A stretch of DNA of 64,000 nucleotides from Phoronis australis (lineage: Eukaryota; Animalia; Phoronida). The notes below the pieces were generated by a model. The model ran no database searches. It had not been told where the DNA came from and saw only the letters and a program-made list of their open reading frames with translations. A program made the position numbers and the translations under genes. This document shows positions 1-13,379 of the stretch, in pieces (position 1 is the stretch's first letter; the number at the start of each line of letters is the position of its first letter). Where the stretch lies: assembly GCA_002633005.1 (NCBI GenBank), contig NMRA01000023.1, forward strand, positions 116,580 through 180,579. Direction: 5' to 3'.

Positions 1-104
1 AAAAAACTTGCTGTCAAAGCAACATACTTGGCGGAAGAATTCCGCCAAGTAAAAAAAAACTTGCTGTCAAAGCAACATACTTGGCGGAAGAATTCCGCCA
101 AGTA
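1..104. repeat. Two tandem ~53-bp units, each ending in the hairpin TACTTGGCGGAA-gaa-TTCCGCCAAGTA (likely terminal stem-loop of a Helentron-associated element)
   Basis: Perfect 12-bp stems at 25-51 and 78-104; the TCCGCCAAGT/ACTTGGCGGA motif recurs at ~12690-12745, with degenerate forms at ~14690 and ~16610. Confidence 0.7.
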
Positions 105-115
105 ATGAAACGACA

Positions 116-558
116 ACGAAACACGTACTTATGATTGGACATCGATGGACATTAGCAAGAGGAAGAGTCCTTTAATAAAAGAGGTAACGAAGCTTGCACG
201 AGGCTAAATACGTAAAAGTAGGGTGAGACATAACAGTACATTATCAAAATCTTCAAATCTTGATGGATGTCGATAAAAATCAGTATGGATGTTGGTTATG
301 ATATGAAAATCACGAAAATAAGCATTTTGAGAAAAAACGAAACACGTACTTATGATTGGACATCGATGGACATTAGCAAGTGGAAGAGTCCATTAATAAA
401 AGAGGTAACGAAGCTTGCACGAGACTAAATACGTAAAAGTAGGGCGAGACATAGCAGTACAATATCAAAATCTTCAAATCTTGATGGATGTCAATAAAAA
501 TCAGTAGGGATGTTGGTTATCATATGTAAATCACGACAATAAGCATTTTGAGAAAAAA
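116..558. repeat. Direct tandem duplication of a ~220-bp unit
   Basis: aacgaaacacgtacttatgattggacatcgatgg...aataagcattttgagaaaaaa occurs at ~116-335 and ~336-558 with scattered SNPs. Confidence 0.9.
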
Positions 559-1095
559 AATTCAGTTGTCATAGAAACGTTCAAATTACGTAATATCTCA
601 AGATCCATGAGAAACGTTATAACTCTTTAATCTCTGAATATTTTTCTGATCTCACTTTTTGAATGATGCCAAAATTAAGGATCTACAAAACTAAAGAAGG
701 AAATTTGAAATTTTTTGATAGTTATTTTTGATGCATATAAAACATGCAGAACAAAAAAGGGGAAAATTATTTTTGAAAAACATATTTTTTCTCTTAAAAT
801 ACCAATGGCATGCTTCTGTAGTTTTGTAGATATAAATGAAAACATAGTACATGCCAAATTTCAAAAGTGTAGCTCAATAGTTTTTTATTTACCACGTTTC
901 TTAACAAAAAATATACATATTAACAGTAGCAAGAAAGAAACTTAGCACTTCCATTTTTACTTTTCACATCATATTCTATATGATATAATTCACTACTCTA
1001 CCGTAACGTTTATTGAAATCTAGTCAATATTCATCCAAACACCATAAGTTTCACTTTCCTGGTCCTCCTGCTAAATAATTCATGATATCTGGAGG

Positions 1096-2760
1096 CTAAT
1101 CGAGCTCTACGATTCTTTGATATTTCTCAGATAAGCATTTATCAGCGTTTGAAACTCGTGCTGCATCTTCTTGATCTACAGCAATATGAGTAATATCAAG
1201 AGCCTGCACAGACAAAGTTTCCATGACTTTGGATAGGCACTTAGCATCCTCATTAAATATGGAGCATGCCGGAGCTACCGCGCACTCAAGCTTGCGTTTT
1301 CGAACGAACACGGCTTTAGGACACTGAATCAAATTAGCTTCATCAGCTCCTCATTGCTGTTCTGAGTTTTTCCATGCTGCAGCTTTTTCATCAAGTTATG
1401 GTCCAGTCGCTTATACAGAGGACAAATTTTATTTACTACTCGACCAAAAGAGGATGCCTGACTGCTTGTTCATAAGGTGGTGGATCTGTCCCCTCAGCTT
1501 GTGCACGACGGTAGAAGCACCAACTGTCGGATCCAACCGGACAGTGGTGATGACGCAGATCCCTGTCTGTAGACATGTATACAATAGAAAAGTGATGTGT
1601 AAATTCTGTTCTTCAGTGTCTCAATGTCGTTCAAGTAGGAAAGCACAGCCTGACGATAACAATCTTGTAGTACGACACACTTTTCTTTAGCCAGATTTCC
1701 TAGGCCTCAACCACCGAGCTTATACTCCTTTGACAATTTCAACACATTTGTGCCATCACGTATACTGCAATGATTGAGACATTCGATTTTCTCAATTTCA
1801 GTTTCGCCATAGATCATAGCATAACACACAGCTTTATATGCTATGGAGTTCCCATCAGAAATAACTATAGTATACCGCAGATTATACTTGTCAACACTGC
1901 GCGACAAAAACTAGAGTGCAGCAGCAGTCTCTATGGACCTCCTAGATCGAGCATGGTTTTTAATAGTTTGGCAATGAATCTCCATCCACTCAGCAGTGTT
2001 GCACCTGCCACTTTCTGCAAAACCACATACATGGCAGTACGACGACAATTCATCATAGTATAGCACATAACCTGTGAAAACTTCAATTACAGTACCAACT
2101 CCGTAATGCGATGATAATCTGCGTTTATGCCAAGTCTGATCAAACGCACGGCTATGACAATTGTGTCATTGGGATCCATGGTAGGGTTTAAATCTAAGTG
2201 TGCTTGGCGAACAATTGCTGCTGCTGCATCCATGTTTTCCTATCCGGCTTGAACATAACTTTTCTGTATAGTACAGACTCACTGATGTGTAGAATGTTTT
2301 TTCATGCAAATTTTTCATTCCAAATATTGACACAAACTTTCAGAGTAGTGCTTGGCCTTAACCAAGCTCATGGGCCAAAAGTGTCATCAACTGATTTACT
2401 TCAAACCATACATTTCCTTTGTCTGATTTTGACAACCGAGCACTTGAATAACCAAAAGTGCGAAAGTTACAGTCGACTTTAGTGCACATCACAGTTCTTT
2501 CTTGAGAGATGTCAGCATATTTCTCAGTTTTAAGAAATGCCGAAGTTCCTTCTGTGCACCCAGGACATGACAAATTACTCACCACTTTGTTCTGTTGGAA
2601 ATGTCAAGCAAACACCAGTTACTGTGATCAAATTCATCGTCACTCAACTGATCATTATCACGACGATGTACATAAAAATTAGTCAGTTTCATCCGAAAAG
2701 CAGAGTGTGTAATAGTAGTCTCACTATCAGACATATTGTCACTTGAACTGTATAGCGACA
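1096..2760 (-). mobile_element. Degenerate DDE transposase pseudogene (Mutator-like / Kolobok-Hydra type)
   Basis: Minus-strand motifs in the expected order across frameshifts: FDQTWHKRRLSSHYGVGTVIEVFTGYVLYYDELSSYCHVC (~2025-2145), RYTIVISDGNS...KIECLNHCSIRDGT (1707-1907), GKTQNSNE...CPKAVF (~1310-1375); termini not resolved. Confidence 0.8.
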
Positions 2761-3924
2761 ATGACCATTCAGTATTACCATCATCACTGGTCGAATCGTC
2801 ACATTCGATAATATGAGCCTGTTCAGTGTTCAGCTTGCTTCGTCGTCCCCATGTTTTATCTGTTGTTGAATAAAACTTTGTCAGTACAAGTATATCAGCA
2901 AATGACAGTAGCAAGTTGAGAAATGATTTTACTAGACACATGAAGTGTTCATGTGTTACTTGCAAGTGTGTGGATTACAAGCACTGATGAACGTCATGAA
3001 TCAAAGTTCTGGGGAAGTAACAAAGAACTCAAAGAAGTTTTACAAGACTCAGAAGAAATCCATCTGTGTGTTTGCCATATACGGTTATAATCAGGTGTCT
3101 CGACAACAGTTCCATAAATGAACGTTTACGTAACCTAGTTTACTACAGAGTTCATCAAAACGTGTGGATTCAAAGAAAGGGTAATAGCGGAGTTGCAACC
3201 GAATCGATTTAACGATTGCGCATGTCCGGAAATTAGGGTGCGCAAAGGCTATGGTGGCACTGAATAGTTAGGCTGCGGCCGCGGGCAATTTGCACTGCCA
3301 AAATATAGAAATTTTGGGGTAGGCCAAGTTTGGGGGCATTTTGTAGGTGGGCATTGCACGTAGGCTCAGTGAATGTGGTTTGTTTGTATTTGTGAACATG
3401 CTGTGAATAAAAAAGGCCACTTTCTTGGCTGTAGCTGCACTCTTCTTCAAGATGGCGGCCCCCGGCTGCAATTGTGCATTGTTGGGTAGCGACCGAGAAA
3501 TTGGCTGTGATTTTAGGTAGCCCTCAAACAAGCAAGAATTGCAAAAAAACTAGTTGGTTGACAGTACTTTTGGACCACATTTTCTGAATCGGTAGGAAAT
3601 TTGCTTTCAGACTCTAAGTTTGGTTTTAGTCGTGCATCGGCAGGGAAGTGGTGTTTTTCGGGTGAAAAGTGCCGATTTTGCATTTTTTTGCCCTTATTTT
3701 TCTTAGTCTAGCTTGGTTGTCAGTGGGAATGAAATGGTCAAAAATACAAGAAAGAATAAAGTTTCTGTGCTCATCTGCTGGGCTTTTTATGTGAAATAAT
3801 TGAAAACATGCCATTCTTTGCATCCTGTTTTTGACAGAGTGAAGAAAAGGTTACAAATCAAGTGATGTGTGTTTTGCTAGGCAAAACCCAGTGAGAACTG
3901 TTCTGTGCCTCCNTTTCTTTGGAT

Positions 3925-4225
3925 ACAATGCACACCTAGATCATTATATTCCTCTGGCAAATGAACTCTGATGACAAGCACACGCACGCTTACTGTCACA
4001 CACACGCATACAAACTTCAAAACAAACGTCACGTGACAACAACCTGTGTGTTCCTCCAGAGATTTTTATCGTGTTGCGGGCTACAATCTAGCGCAGATTT
4101 GGACTTAATCTGTAGTTAATCCAGACTCCACAAGAACTTAAAAATCTTAGAGACGCTATTTGGAAAACTTTAGGAGGATTTCAGGTAATTTGTTGAGTCG
4201 AAGCTGTATTCTTATTCAAGAATTC
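3925..4225 (+). repeat. ~300-bp dispersed repeat, copy 1
   Basis: Colinear with 13059-13370 (ctctggcaaa.gaactctgatga...tcacgtgacaacaac...cttaaaaatcttagagacgcta...gatttcaggtaa). Confidence 0.8.
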
Positions 4226-5258
4226 AAGCCCTATCGACGATTGCGAGACCGGCAGCTACGCATTTGTCGTTAAGATATTTACCCTGAAACTTCAACACAA
4301 TTTTATGAAAATTGATCGTAATTTAACAACGAATTTTGATAGCAATGCACCACAATTTTGTAGAAAGTAAATAATAATATTCTGCACGCTTTATCCTAGC
4401 CTGTAATACATATAGTGTGCGTACGTTAAGTGAGTTGACCCAGAACAGGTGATTGTGCAGAGGCATTATCCTCAAAATTGCTCATGTTGGCTTGGTTCGA
4501 TCTGGTCAAGCGAAAACAAGTTTTTTTCACTACCAACCGCCGTACATTATTTTGTTACTGTTTCTTTGAAGGGAGATATTGTTGGGCAGTTTCCAAGATA
4601 CGTTTTCTTTCTGCCCTCAAAATGAGCGCTGCATACTTTATGCTATCACGTCGGGAAAGAATTCAAGAAGTCGGCCTTTGTTACCAGCTCTACCAATGTC
4701 TCTGACGCAGTTCTTGATCCTTGGGAAACAGGTAGTAACTAATTTTTTTATCTCGCTAACTGGTATTATAGCATGCCAGGCACACAACACGTATAACCTC
4801 CCTGTGGCCGGTTCGCCCCCACGCTTGCCGACGTACTTGTTTACCGGCTTAACCACAATGCAACATTCTGACCCATTTCCAATATGGCGGCGTTGCAACT
4901 CCGCTACTGACTCAACTGAATAAAAGCCAAAACAAGATGCCAAAGAAGCTGGTGAATAACGATAAGATCAATATTAAAACAAGTAACAACCTACTTCAAT
5001 ATAAGACATCATGTTTTCCATCTTCTGTACGTGTCCCATCGAAGAAACGTAATAAAACGCTTAAGTTCCGATCAACCCCATCAACGCTGATATAATCGAG
5101 ACGTAGTAATTAGTTGCTAACCGGTTGCTAACGACGGATATAGGGAGCTAGTCACGTGTTTTAGTTGACCAATAAGAATGTGTCTTGTTCTCATTACCTT
5201 CTGTAATTGTTCGGCAACCAATAAGAACGCAGAAAAGAAGATCTAAAAATAATTTTCT

Positions 5259-5329
5259 CAGTCGCCGGTTCCCTGCGTGCTCAACTCAGCTACCGCCCCA
5301 CCTAGCGGTACGCAGGGAACCAGCGAGAC
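5259..5329. mobile_element. Short palindromic MITE-like hairpin
   Basis: gtcgccggttccctgcgt ... acgcagggaaccagcgagac form imperfect inverted arms. Confidence 0.55.
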
Positions 5330-6516
5330 ATGGGAATAGCCTTAGATGAATCAATTCAACTGATAGAGAACACGAGTCTCTTGAATAGAACTATGGCTCG
5401 TCTTGATCGGCCAAGACGATGGGCCTGTAATGCTACGAAGTTTTTAGACTTATCGTTGAAATGTCATTGAACAAAAGCGAGATGCATGACAATAAACGAA
5501 TATTGGACTGTTTCCCACATGATTTCAGGTATCTGGCGCATAAATCCTGTAAAGAAGACATTGAAATGATAAAAAACGATGAAATCTCAAAATGGCAAAA
5601 TTTTGCCGAAAACTTTATTTTGGACTTCTATGTCTGATCTAAATTAAAGTTAATAGAATGAGCCCACAATGATATTAACTGTCAATATAGAATCCAATGA
5701 GCAAAGGATACGCATATTCGAAGATTTGGAAAAAGCAATTTTACATATGCATTCAAGAAGTCAGAAAGAATGCAAAGCAAGCCAATCAAATATGAAAAAA
5801 CGAGCCCAAAAAAAAAACGTCACAGACATTTTTGGATCACATGAAGAGAGGGCCCACATACTCGCAGAATAGAATTGAGCATAGCACATTTACATGCACC
5901 CTCAAGTAGCCCGAAACCAGGGATGTATACCACCTGTCCACCCCGAAATCCAATTATACACTAATCTATATCTGTCCTTTGAAGTGCCTCCAATAAAATA
6001 AATAAAAGTAATGCAAGACGTTATTGTAATTTATGATCAATTAGAACGTTATCAATGATCCAAGTGTAAAACAATCCTATTAAATTTTCGTTATAGACGT
6101 ATTCATTACAGAACGTACCAACGTACAAATAAATTTTAAAATGACAGGAGTACAGAAACAATTGTTTGTTGACACTACGGTCTCTTGCAAGTGTCGAGTG
6201 AAACTAAATACAATTGCAAGAAACATTTTAATTGTTTTCAATGGAAAATGATGACCAAATATCCTATACGGACATCAGACGAAGATATAAACCAGAGATA
6301 AATCGAGAGTGTTCATGAATCGAAGACGATGTCCCTGCTGTGTTACGTTCTTGTTGGCGCCTTTCGGGTAAAGTTAGAAGCACAGAAGCCATTAACGTTA
6401 TTATGTGAATTTGTCAACCTCACATGCTATTACTGCTAGTTTAAATGAACACGTATATCTAACTCAAAAATCGTTTGCGCATTTGCCTCATTTACTACAC
6501 TATTGTTCAACTTTAA

Positions 6517-8300
6517 GGTAGGTGGATACACAACTGGGGCGGAGCTTATACATGTATACAAGGATACTAGCTCTAATCTAACCCTGTCAACAAGCATTGC
6601 GTAACCGGGCAATCGAGAGTGCTGTACTAGCTGATATTGGTGTTGTAGCAAGACCAAGAATAAAATAATTCTATTTTTGACCATATGAAAGTTGGTAGTG
6701 AAATGATGAACTAGCTCCTGTTCCGAGCCTGAGTCTGTTTGTCTATCTGCAAAAAAATTGAGTACGCCAAGCCCTACCGAAGCCATCACTGCACTCAGCT
6801 TCAGGAGTCCGTGCAGAAATTGTGCATGTATAAGAGAAGTCGGTAATATAAGGTCAGGTGTCGTGCGAGAGGACGCTGAGTGTCGACGTGGGTGGTGTTG
6901 CACGGTTCGATAAGAGTGCATGCACGAGCTGTGAAGACAAGGCGCGCGCGCGACACATATGGACAACTAAATGCCGTCAGAGTAGAGTCTTCGCAGATAA
7001 ACATCTGTGCTAGGAACCCGCCGTGAAGAAACTAGGCTGTAAAACCCTGAGGATTTTTTAACTTGCCACTGGCCATAACCCAAAGAATTAGAGAAATGAC
7101 CCAGTGTTCAACATAAAAGTTTTCTAGTGCATAGATTCAAACGTAACCCTGAATTAAAACTCATGATATTACACGAATTTAGAGGAAAGCAATATAAGAA
7201 ACTTTAGTAACTTGAGAATCTCACCCAAGCGACGCTATTTGCGCAGAAAGTGATATTTTCATATCCCAAATTCCATTTCGGTACAGGCACGTAAAAAAGT
7301 TGAAACATTACTATGAAAGTAGGTCTTTATCCTCGTCGCCAATATTGTTATGTACACTGTAGGCAGTAACGCGGCGATTTGATATAACACATATATTGGT
7401 TGATGATGATATTGGAATACTAACAAATAGGTCCTGCGTAATATAGTTAGAGAGCCTTTACTAACTGAGTGGAGAGTTCAGATGAATCGTATAAACAATC
7501 AACACATGGTTTTAATGTGTCGTCGGCACACCAGTACAGCAGACACTAGATCAACGCTAAGCTCTGCCCACGTGACAGCCATATTTGTTTTGGTCGTCTG
7601 TGGTGCTTCACAAGCTCGAAAAAATGATTAAAGTTACGCTGTAAACAAAAAAGTATGTCACATTTTCTAAATATGAAGTAAATATCAGCTTTATTTCTAG
7701 TACTTCAACAAAAAGTGAAACATAATGACTACGCATTCTGAACGAAATTTGATCTCAAGTGGCAATCGATGACCGCTTAACTTCAAAGCCGTTTTTCTCG
7801 GCTCGTGATTTCAGGATAGTGACAAGATTCTCGGGCCTATTTTTCCACAACACGTTGGTCAATTTTTACGAAAGTGGCAAATTTGAAATCCTCTAGGACT
7901 GAAGTAAAATCACGTGCCAGGGTTTTTTGATAAATGGACAAGATTTTTAGTTATTAGACGGAGAGTGACCAAATGACAAAAAGTGGCGTGCTTGCGCCAA
8001 CTCACACACAAAAATGCCACAAAATCAAAATCATAATGATTTTGTACATATATTTGGTATGGATAAGTAGAATAGTGCGTAAGGAAACAGTTGATGATGA
8101 TCCCTATGCATTTTGAAAAAAAAATCGATGTAAAATTGGATTTTTTGAAAATTAAAAAATATGATTTTTTTTAAAAAACGAACTACAAAAATTTTTTTTC
8201 CGATTTTTGTCACTTTCAGAGTCATGTCTAACGAGTTAAAACTCCTTTTTTACTCGTTTTAGCTAGGAACCTGGAGATTTGATCAGTGTATACACCTACC
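6517..8300. mobile_element. Non-autonomous TIR DNA transposon with TTAA TSD (Kolobok-type GG...CC ends)
   Basis: TTAA(6513-6516)|GGTAGGTGGATACAC ... GTGTATACACCTACC|TTAA(8301-8304): 15-bp TIR with 1 mismatch. Confidence 0.8.
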
Positions 8301-11300
8301 TTAAGGAGTTCTGTATCTAAAAGACAGATAGATTTGCCTAATTCATCAAATAAAAAAACTCGTTCGCGCACCGCCCCCAGGTGCACGCAAATGATGAGAC
8401 AACAAGTTAATTCGTATTTTACTGTTTTTGACTTAAGGTATGACCAAAGGTAAAACCCATATAATATCAATGAACTTACAAATCCTCAGTATAATAGTCA
8501 GAGAAAAATCAACAAAGCAGGTTCCAGAAGTTCAATCCCACTCAAGACAACATAAATCATACTAACAATAGGGGAAAATCAGAGCAAAGAAATAAAAAAC
8601 GTTTCATATTATGCGCGTGACCAGCCTAATATCTGAGCATGCAAGAGTCCCGAAGCTTTGAGATTACGTACATGTTGACTAAAACAGATAAACAAAATTC
8701 GTTCATAACCAATGCGTTTTTTCCCATATTTCAGGCCCGAATAATTGCGCGCGAGTGAAATTTAGCAATTAGGAACTGCACTCACAGAAAATAAGATCCA
8801 GTAAAATTTTAGGAAATAATGAGCCCCTGTTCCTACTACCTAAAGTCGCCACTGACATACAACACAAAGGAGCCTACATATAAGATCAAACGGTATGAAA
8901 ACAGGATCATGATTTCGCTAAACAGCCACTATAGTTGAACGTTTAGAAAAACGTCCAACGGTACAATAAAGCAGAAACTTTCGACAAAGCATAAAAAATT
9001 TAAACATAAAGTAGAGCGTCAAAAATTGCTCCAGAACCACAATTACTCGTGACTTCCAAATAGCAACAGAAGACCGAACTGATTATTTTCATTTAAAACC
9101 TCGTGCTATGTACTGGCGTTAGGATCTGCCGTAAAGAATAACAAATGGTAGCAAACATCACTTTTAATGTAAACATGACAAGGTATTGCATAAGATTTCA
9201 GACACCAAACTCTGTATTGAATTATTATCCTGACATTAAGGCCTGAACCTTGTGTTGTATCTCGAGATCCCAATCATGTCGTCACAACCTAAATAGGAAT
9301 GGCACAAAAACAAAATGCGTCCTAATATTAATCGTTGTAGTAAAATTGAAAACATAATGATTTCCGTACAAGGAATGTAGTATACTAGCGATTTTAATTT
9401 GTGCAATTTTAATGTGTGTGAGAAAAGGTCCAATATCAAAAGTAAAAGTCAAAACACGTCGCAATAGGAAAGGAACTATATACCTAAGTATTGGCTCTCA
9501 CGCGATATCTCAAACGACCGACAATGGCGCTGCGCACTACGACTCCGTTTCCGTAGTCTGCTCCACTGCGCAGTGAAGAAAATTACTACATGTTTTAAAG
9601 AACATGGAACCTTAGTGATGGTGAAAATACAGTAGCTGCTACTAAGATATGAATTTTAGACGATCACCAAAACAATCGCCTCATTAGTGCCAATACAAAA
9701 AGGATGATATTTTGGACATTCGAAGACAATTTTAAAAACAACAAAATTGTTACTACATGATTGCACAAAGTATAAAAAGTGACATAAGCATTACAAAAAG
9801 AAATAGGTTTCACGCGCAAACGCTGTAGACCATAAACAAGTAGGTATTATATCATCAAATTTGAGTGAAGTCATGATAGTGTACAGGTAAAGTACTCTCA
9901 GTCTTTACGCCAAGACGTGAGTTCGAGACCGTGAAAATTCTTTTTTTTTCATACGCCGTATTTTTCCCTTTTCTTTTTCTTTGCCTTTTTTCTTGAATAA
10001 TACTACAGGAATCAAAGAAAATGCTTGGCATTCATAGAAAAAAATATTGTTCCTAGGCGGGAAAAGGGCGAACCCTTTCCCTACATCCAACATTCAATAA
10101 TAAGCGCATCTAATCATGCTTTGCACAAATGTTTTCAGACACGTACATGTATTGAGTTCTCCCTTGTGATATCTTAGATCCGCTACTGATAGATGAAACC
10201 TAACTGCTCTACACGTGAACATAAATGGTATCAAATAACCCAATTGTAAGCACGTAATCATCCGCCAATGTGCATCCGTTAATTCGGTTGGACCTGAGCG
10301 ATTAATACGTATAAAAGTAAGTAAGTGTCTCTAGCAAAAAATAATATTTTTAATCAATAGCCGATCGAGCATATAGTACATAAAACACTAGTATCAATTT
10401 CTAATAAATTACAAAAAAATGTGTCCATATTGTGGTGTCGTTAATAGTTCCACAAGGTCGATAATTGTTTAAGGATGTTTATAACAATTGACATTACACC
10501 GCTTTTAAAGACAAAAGACCTGTGTTCAAGTGCTTCCAGAATGTAAACTATGAACTATTATATTATGCACTCTGTGTGTGTTCAGTCTTTGTTTGTAACC
10601 TATCCTCTTAACCACAATATTTATGTGTTTAGCCATAAATCATTTCTAGGAACTTCCCAGATGCATCTTGGATATAGAACTATGTTACGACAACGTGGTC
10701 TGGAAAAATTTACTTGTCACAAAGGTCCCGAAAGCGCACACCAAGCTTACTAAAATCTGCCAGTGACTAAAAATCTGAATGGTTGAATCTTTGAACACGA
10801 CATTTCGGAAACACGTATACCTGTCTCTTTGAAATCATCACTATTACGAGTTTACACATGTATTTCATAAGACCTTTCCTAGTAACTCCTACCCAGCAAT
10901 TATATGACATGTTAAAAACAAAAAATATGAAATAAATGAAACGTTAATTTTTTATTAAGTACCTTTAATTGCTTTAATACATAATCATTTTTACAACGTA
11001 TCTGGTAAAAATAAAAACTATAATAAGACACAACCACAATTTGATATTACAAAGGTTATCACATTTTTCTATTATTTGCATTTGAGCTAGCAATTTTTTA
11101 AGAAACACAACGTATTTGCTTCATTTTAGTCAGTTAGCCTTCCCTCAAAAATAATAGATGATTACACAATAACAGTCATATATAAACAAATTTTAGATGA
11201 GCCGTGGTGATCTTCGCATCATAAAAGTCCTCCCATGGGAGCAAATGTATTGGAGTACTTGCAAAAGGATTCTATTCGAGTACTTCTACTCCATCCATAA

Positions 11301-11385
11301 CGACATGTACGGTTGCGTACACGTCATCGGTTTCACACGCATTCTATTCAGCAATTCAAAACTCGAGATACTAGTATCGAATATC

Positions 11386-12270
11386 ACATCTTATCACAGG
11401 AATTCGTCACTTAAAAGCAATAAATCGTCAAACGTCTATGTAAAAGCCTTAACAATACACCAAGCTCTTATGCATTTCCGACATCCGTCAGGCACTGTCG
11501 ACGTCTGCCGTGAACGGACCACGCCCACAGGTATTGCACAAACCCCAAGCTCTCCTGCAATCCTGTAAAGATAATAAACAAATTCAAAATTCTGCATGGA
11601 AGGCATTTGATAGTTAGTTAGAAAAAGGCATTAAATATTGCGAAACTATCACAATAGATAGAGTTTTAAAAAGGCTTTCAGAAGATAGTTTCCATTTTCC
11701 GCTACGACATCAGCTTTTGTAAGTATTCGACAATTGTCCGATAGCGCTATTCCGATCCTGCAACATAGCGTCACCTATTTTAAATTGTGGNCGTTATCTC
11801 ACTAGTGAGATAACTTTATGGGTTATTACACGGTTTTATCTGCCATTTGACGCTAATACTGTGGTGTAACACATCTTATCACAGGAATTCGTCACTTAAA
11901 AGCAATAAATCGTCAAACGTCTATGTAAAAGCCTTAACAATACACCAAGCTCTTATGCATTTCCGACATCCGTCAGGCACTGTCGACGTCTGCCGTGAAT
12001 GGGCCACGCCCACAGGTATTGCACCAACCCCAAGCTCTCCTGCAATCCTGTAAAGATAATAAACAAATTCAAAATTCTGCATGGAAGGCATTTGATAGTT
12101 AGTTAGAAAAAGGCATTAAATATTGCGAAACTATCACAATAGATAGAGTTTTAAAAAGGCTTTCAGAAGATAGTTTCCAAACTACGACATCAGCTTTTGT
12201 AAGTATTCGACAATTGTCCGATAGCGCTATTCCGATCCTGCAACATAGCGTCACCTATTTTAAATTGTGG
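11386..12270. repeat. ~400-bp near-identical duplication spanning a single N at 11791
   Basis: 11386-11790 repeats at ~11871-12270 with a few SNPs and one small indel. Confidence 0.85.
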
Positions 12271-13058
12271 GTACAAAACACGACTCGTTGATCACTACTT
12301 CGCGGAATTCACAATCAAAGGCTCATAGGGGATACAATTGTTAACGTAAAGCTGAAATCTGGAACAATTATTATAAAACATATGTGATACAACAGTGCCG
12401 AAAAACGTTGACCTCAGGTCAAAGATGGCAAAAATATTGAACATGTTCCTACTGCAGACAGAAAGTCCATTTGGACTGCAGGCAGTCACATAGCGTTATC
12501 TATTTTGGAATGTCGGAAAAAAGCTTGGCTTGTCTGTCATGTTGCGCCATCTATTGTTCTTTATTGTACTTGATTATAGGCTCTCTATTTGATTTCTTCG
12601 CTAGTCACAAGAATATTATCGTATTTTTCATAATAGCCGCCTTGATCTTCATGATTGTCATCATGCTCCGCATCCTCGCCGTTTCAATTAACTCCGCCAA
12701 GTATGGCTCTTTCGAGCACTCCCAGGAGCGACACTTGGCGGAATCGAAAATCAATAAAAATTAAACTAACAACAATAATTGACTTATATGATATCAATCA
12801 GAAAAACTATCGCATTGTTGCGCAAACAGACTAAATTGATCACCATGGCGTGAACTATAAACATAGACCGCGGTCACGGAACACTATCTAGTGACAGGGC
12901 AGGACGCGCCAACGGGGCACTATGACACGCTATTATGTGTGAAATATTGGTCTTACCGAAGAAAATCTCGAACGTTTTTTAGCAGATGAGGCCAGCAAGT
13001 GCTAAGCTAAATATCAAAACACGCTCTGATAAACTGCTTGAGAGTTAATTTCTTTTGT

Positions 13059-13370
13059 TACAATGCACATCTAAATCATTACATCGCATTTACTCTGGCA
13101 AAGGAACTCTGATGAAGAGCACACACACACTTACTCTCACACACACGCATAAAAACTTCACAACAAACATCACGTGACAACAACATGTGTATTCCTCCTG
13201 AGACTTTTTGGGTCGTTGCGGGCTAAATTGTAGCGCAGACTGGGACTTAATCTTTAGTTAATCCAGTTACCACAAAAACTTAAAAATCTTAGAGACGCTA
13301 TATGAAAAACTTGAGAAAGATTTCAGGTAACTTGTTCAGTCGAAACTGTATTATAAACAATTCAAGAATT
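13059..13370 (+). repeat. ~300-bp dispersed repeat, copy 2
   Basis: Colinear with 3925-4225. Confidence 0.8.
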
Positions 13371-13379
13371 TTAGAATAC

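Noticed and set aside
1-104. Palindromic direct repeats as a CRISPR array
   Set aside because: Only two units, no unique spacers, no cas genes and a eukaryotic context
3960-4000. CTGATGA as a hammerhead ribozyme core (also ~13108)
   Set aside because: No stem II followed by GAAA and no closing stems could be identified
5340-6430. Possible Maverick/Polinton or viral remnant
   Set aside because: Coding-like fragments are present but I could not identify any diagnostic motif
11197-12053. Twin ORFs (123 aa and 68 aa) as duplicated genes
   Set aside because: They lie in TE-like sequence duplicated across a 1-N junction and show no domain signature
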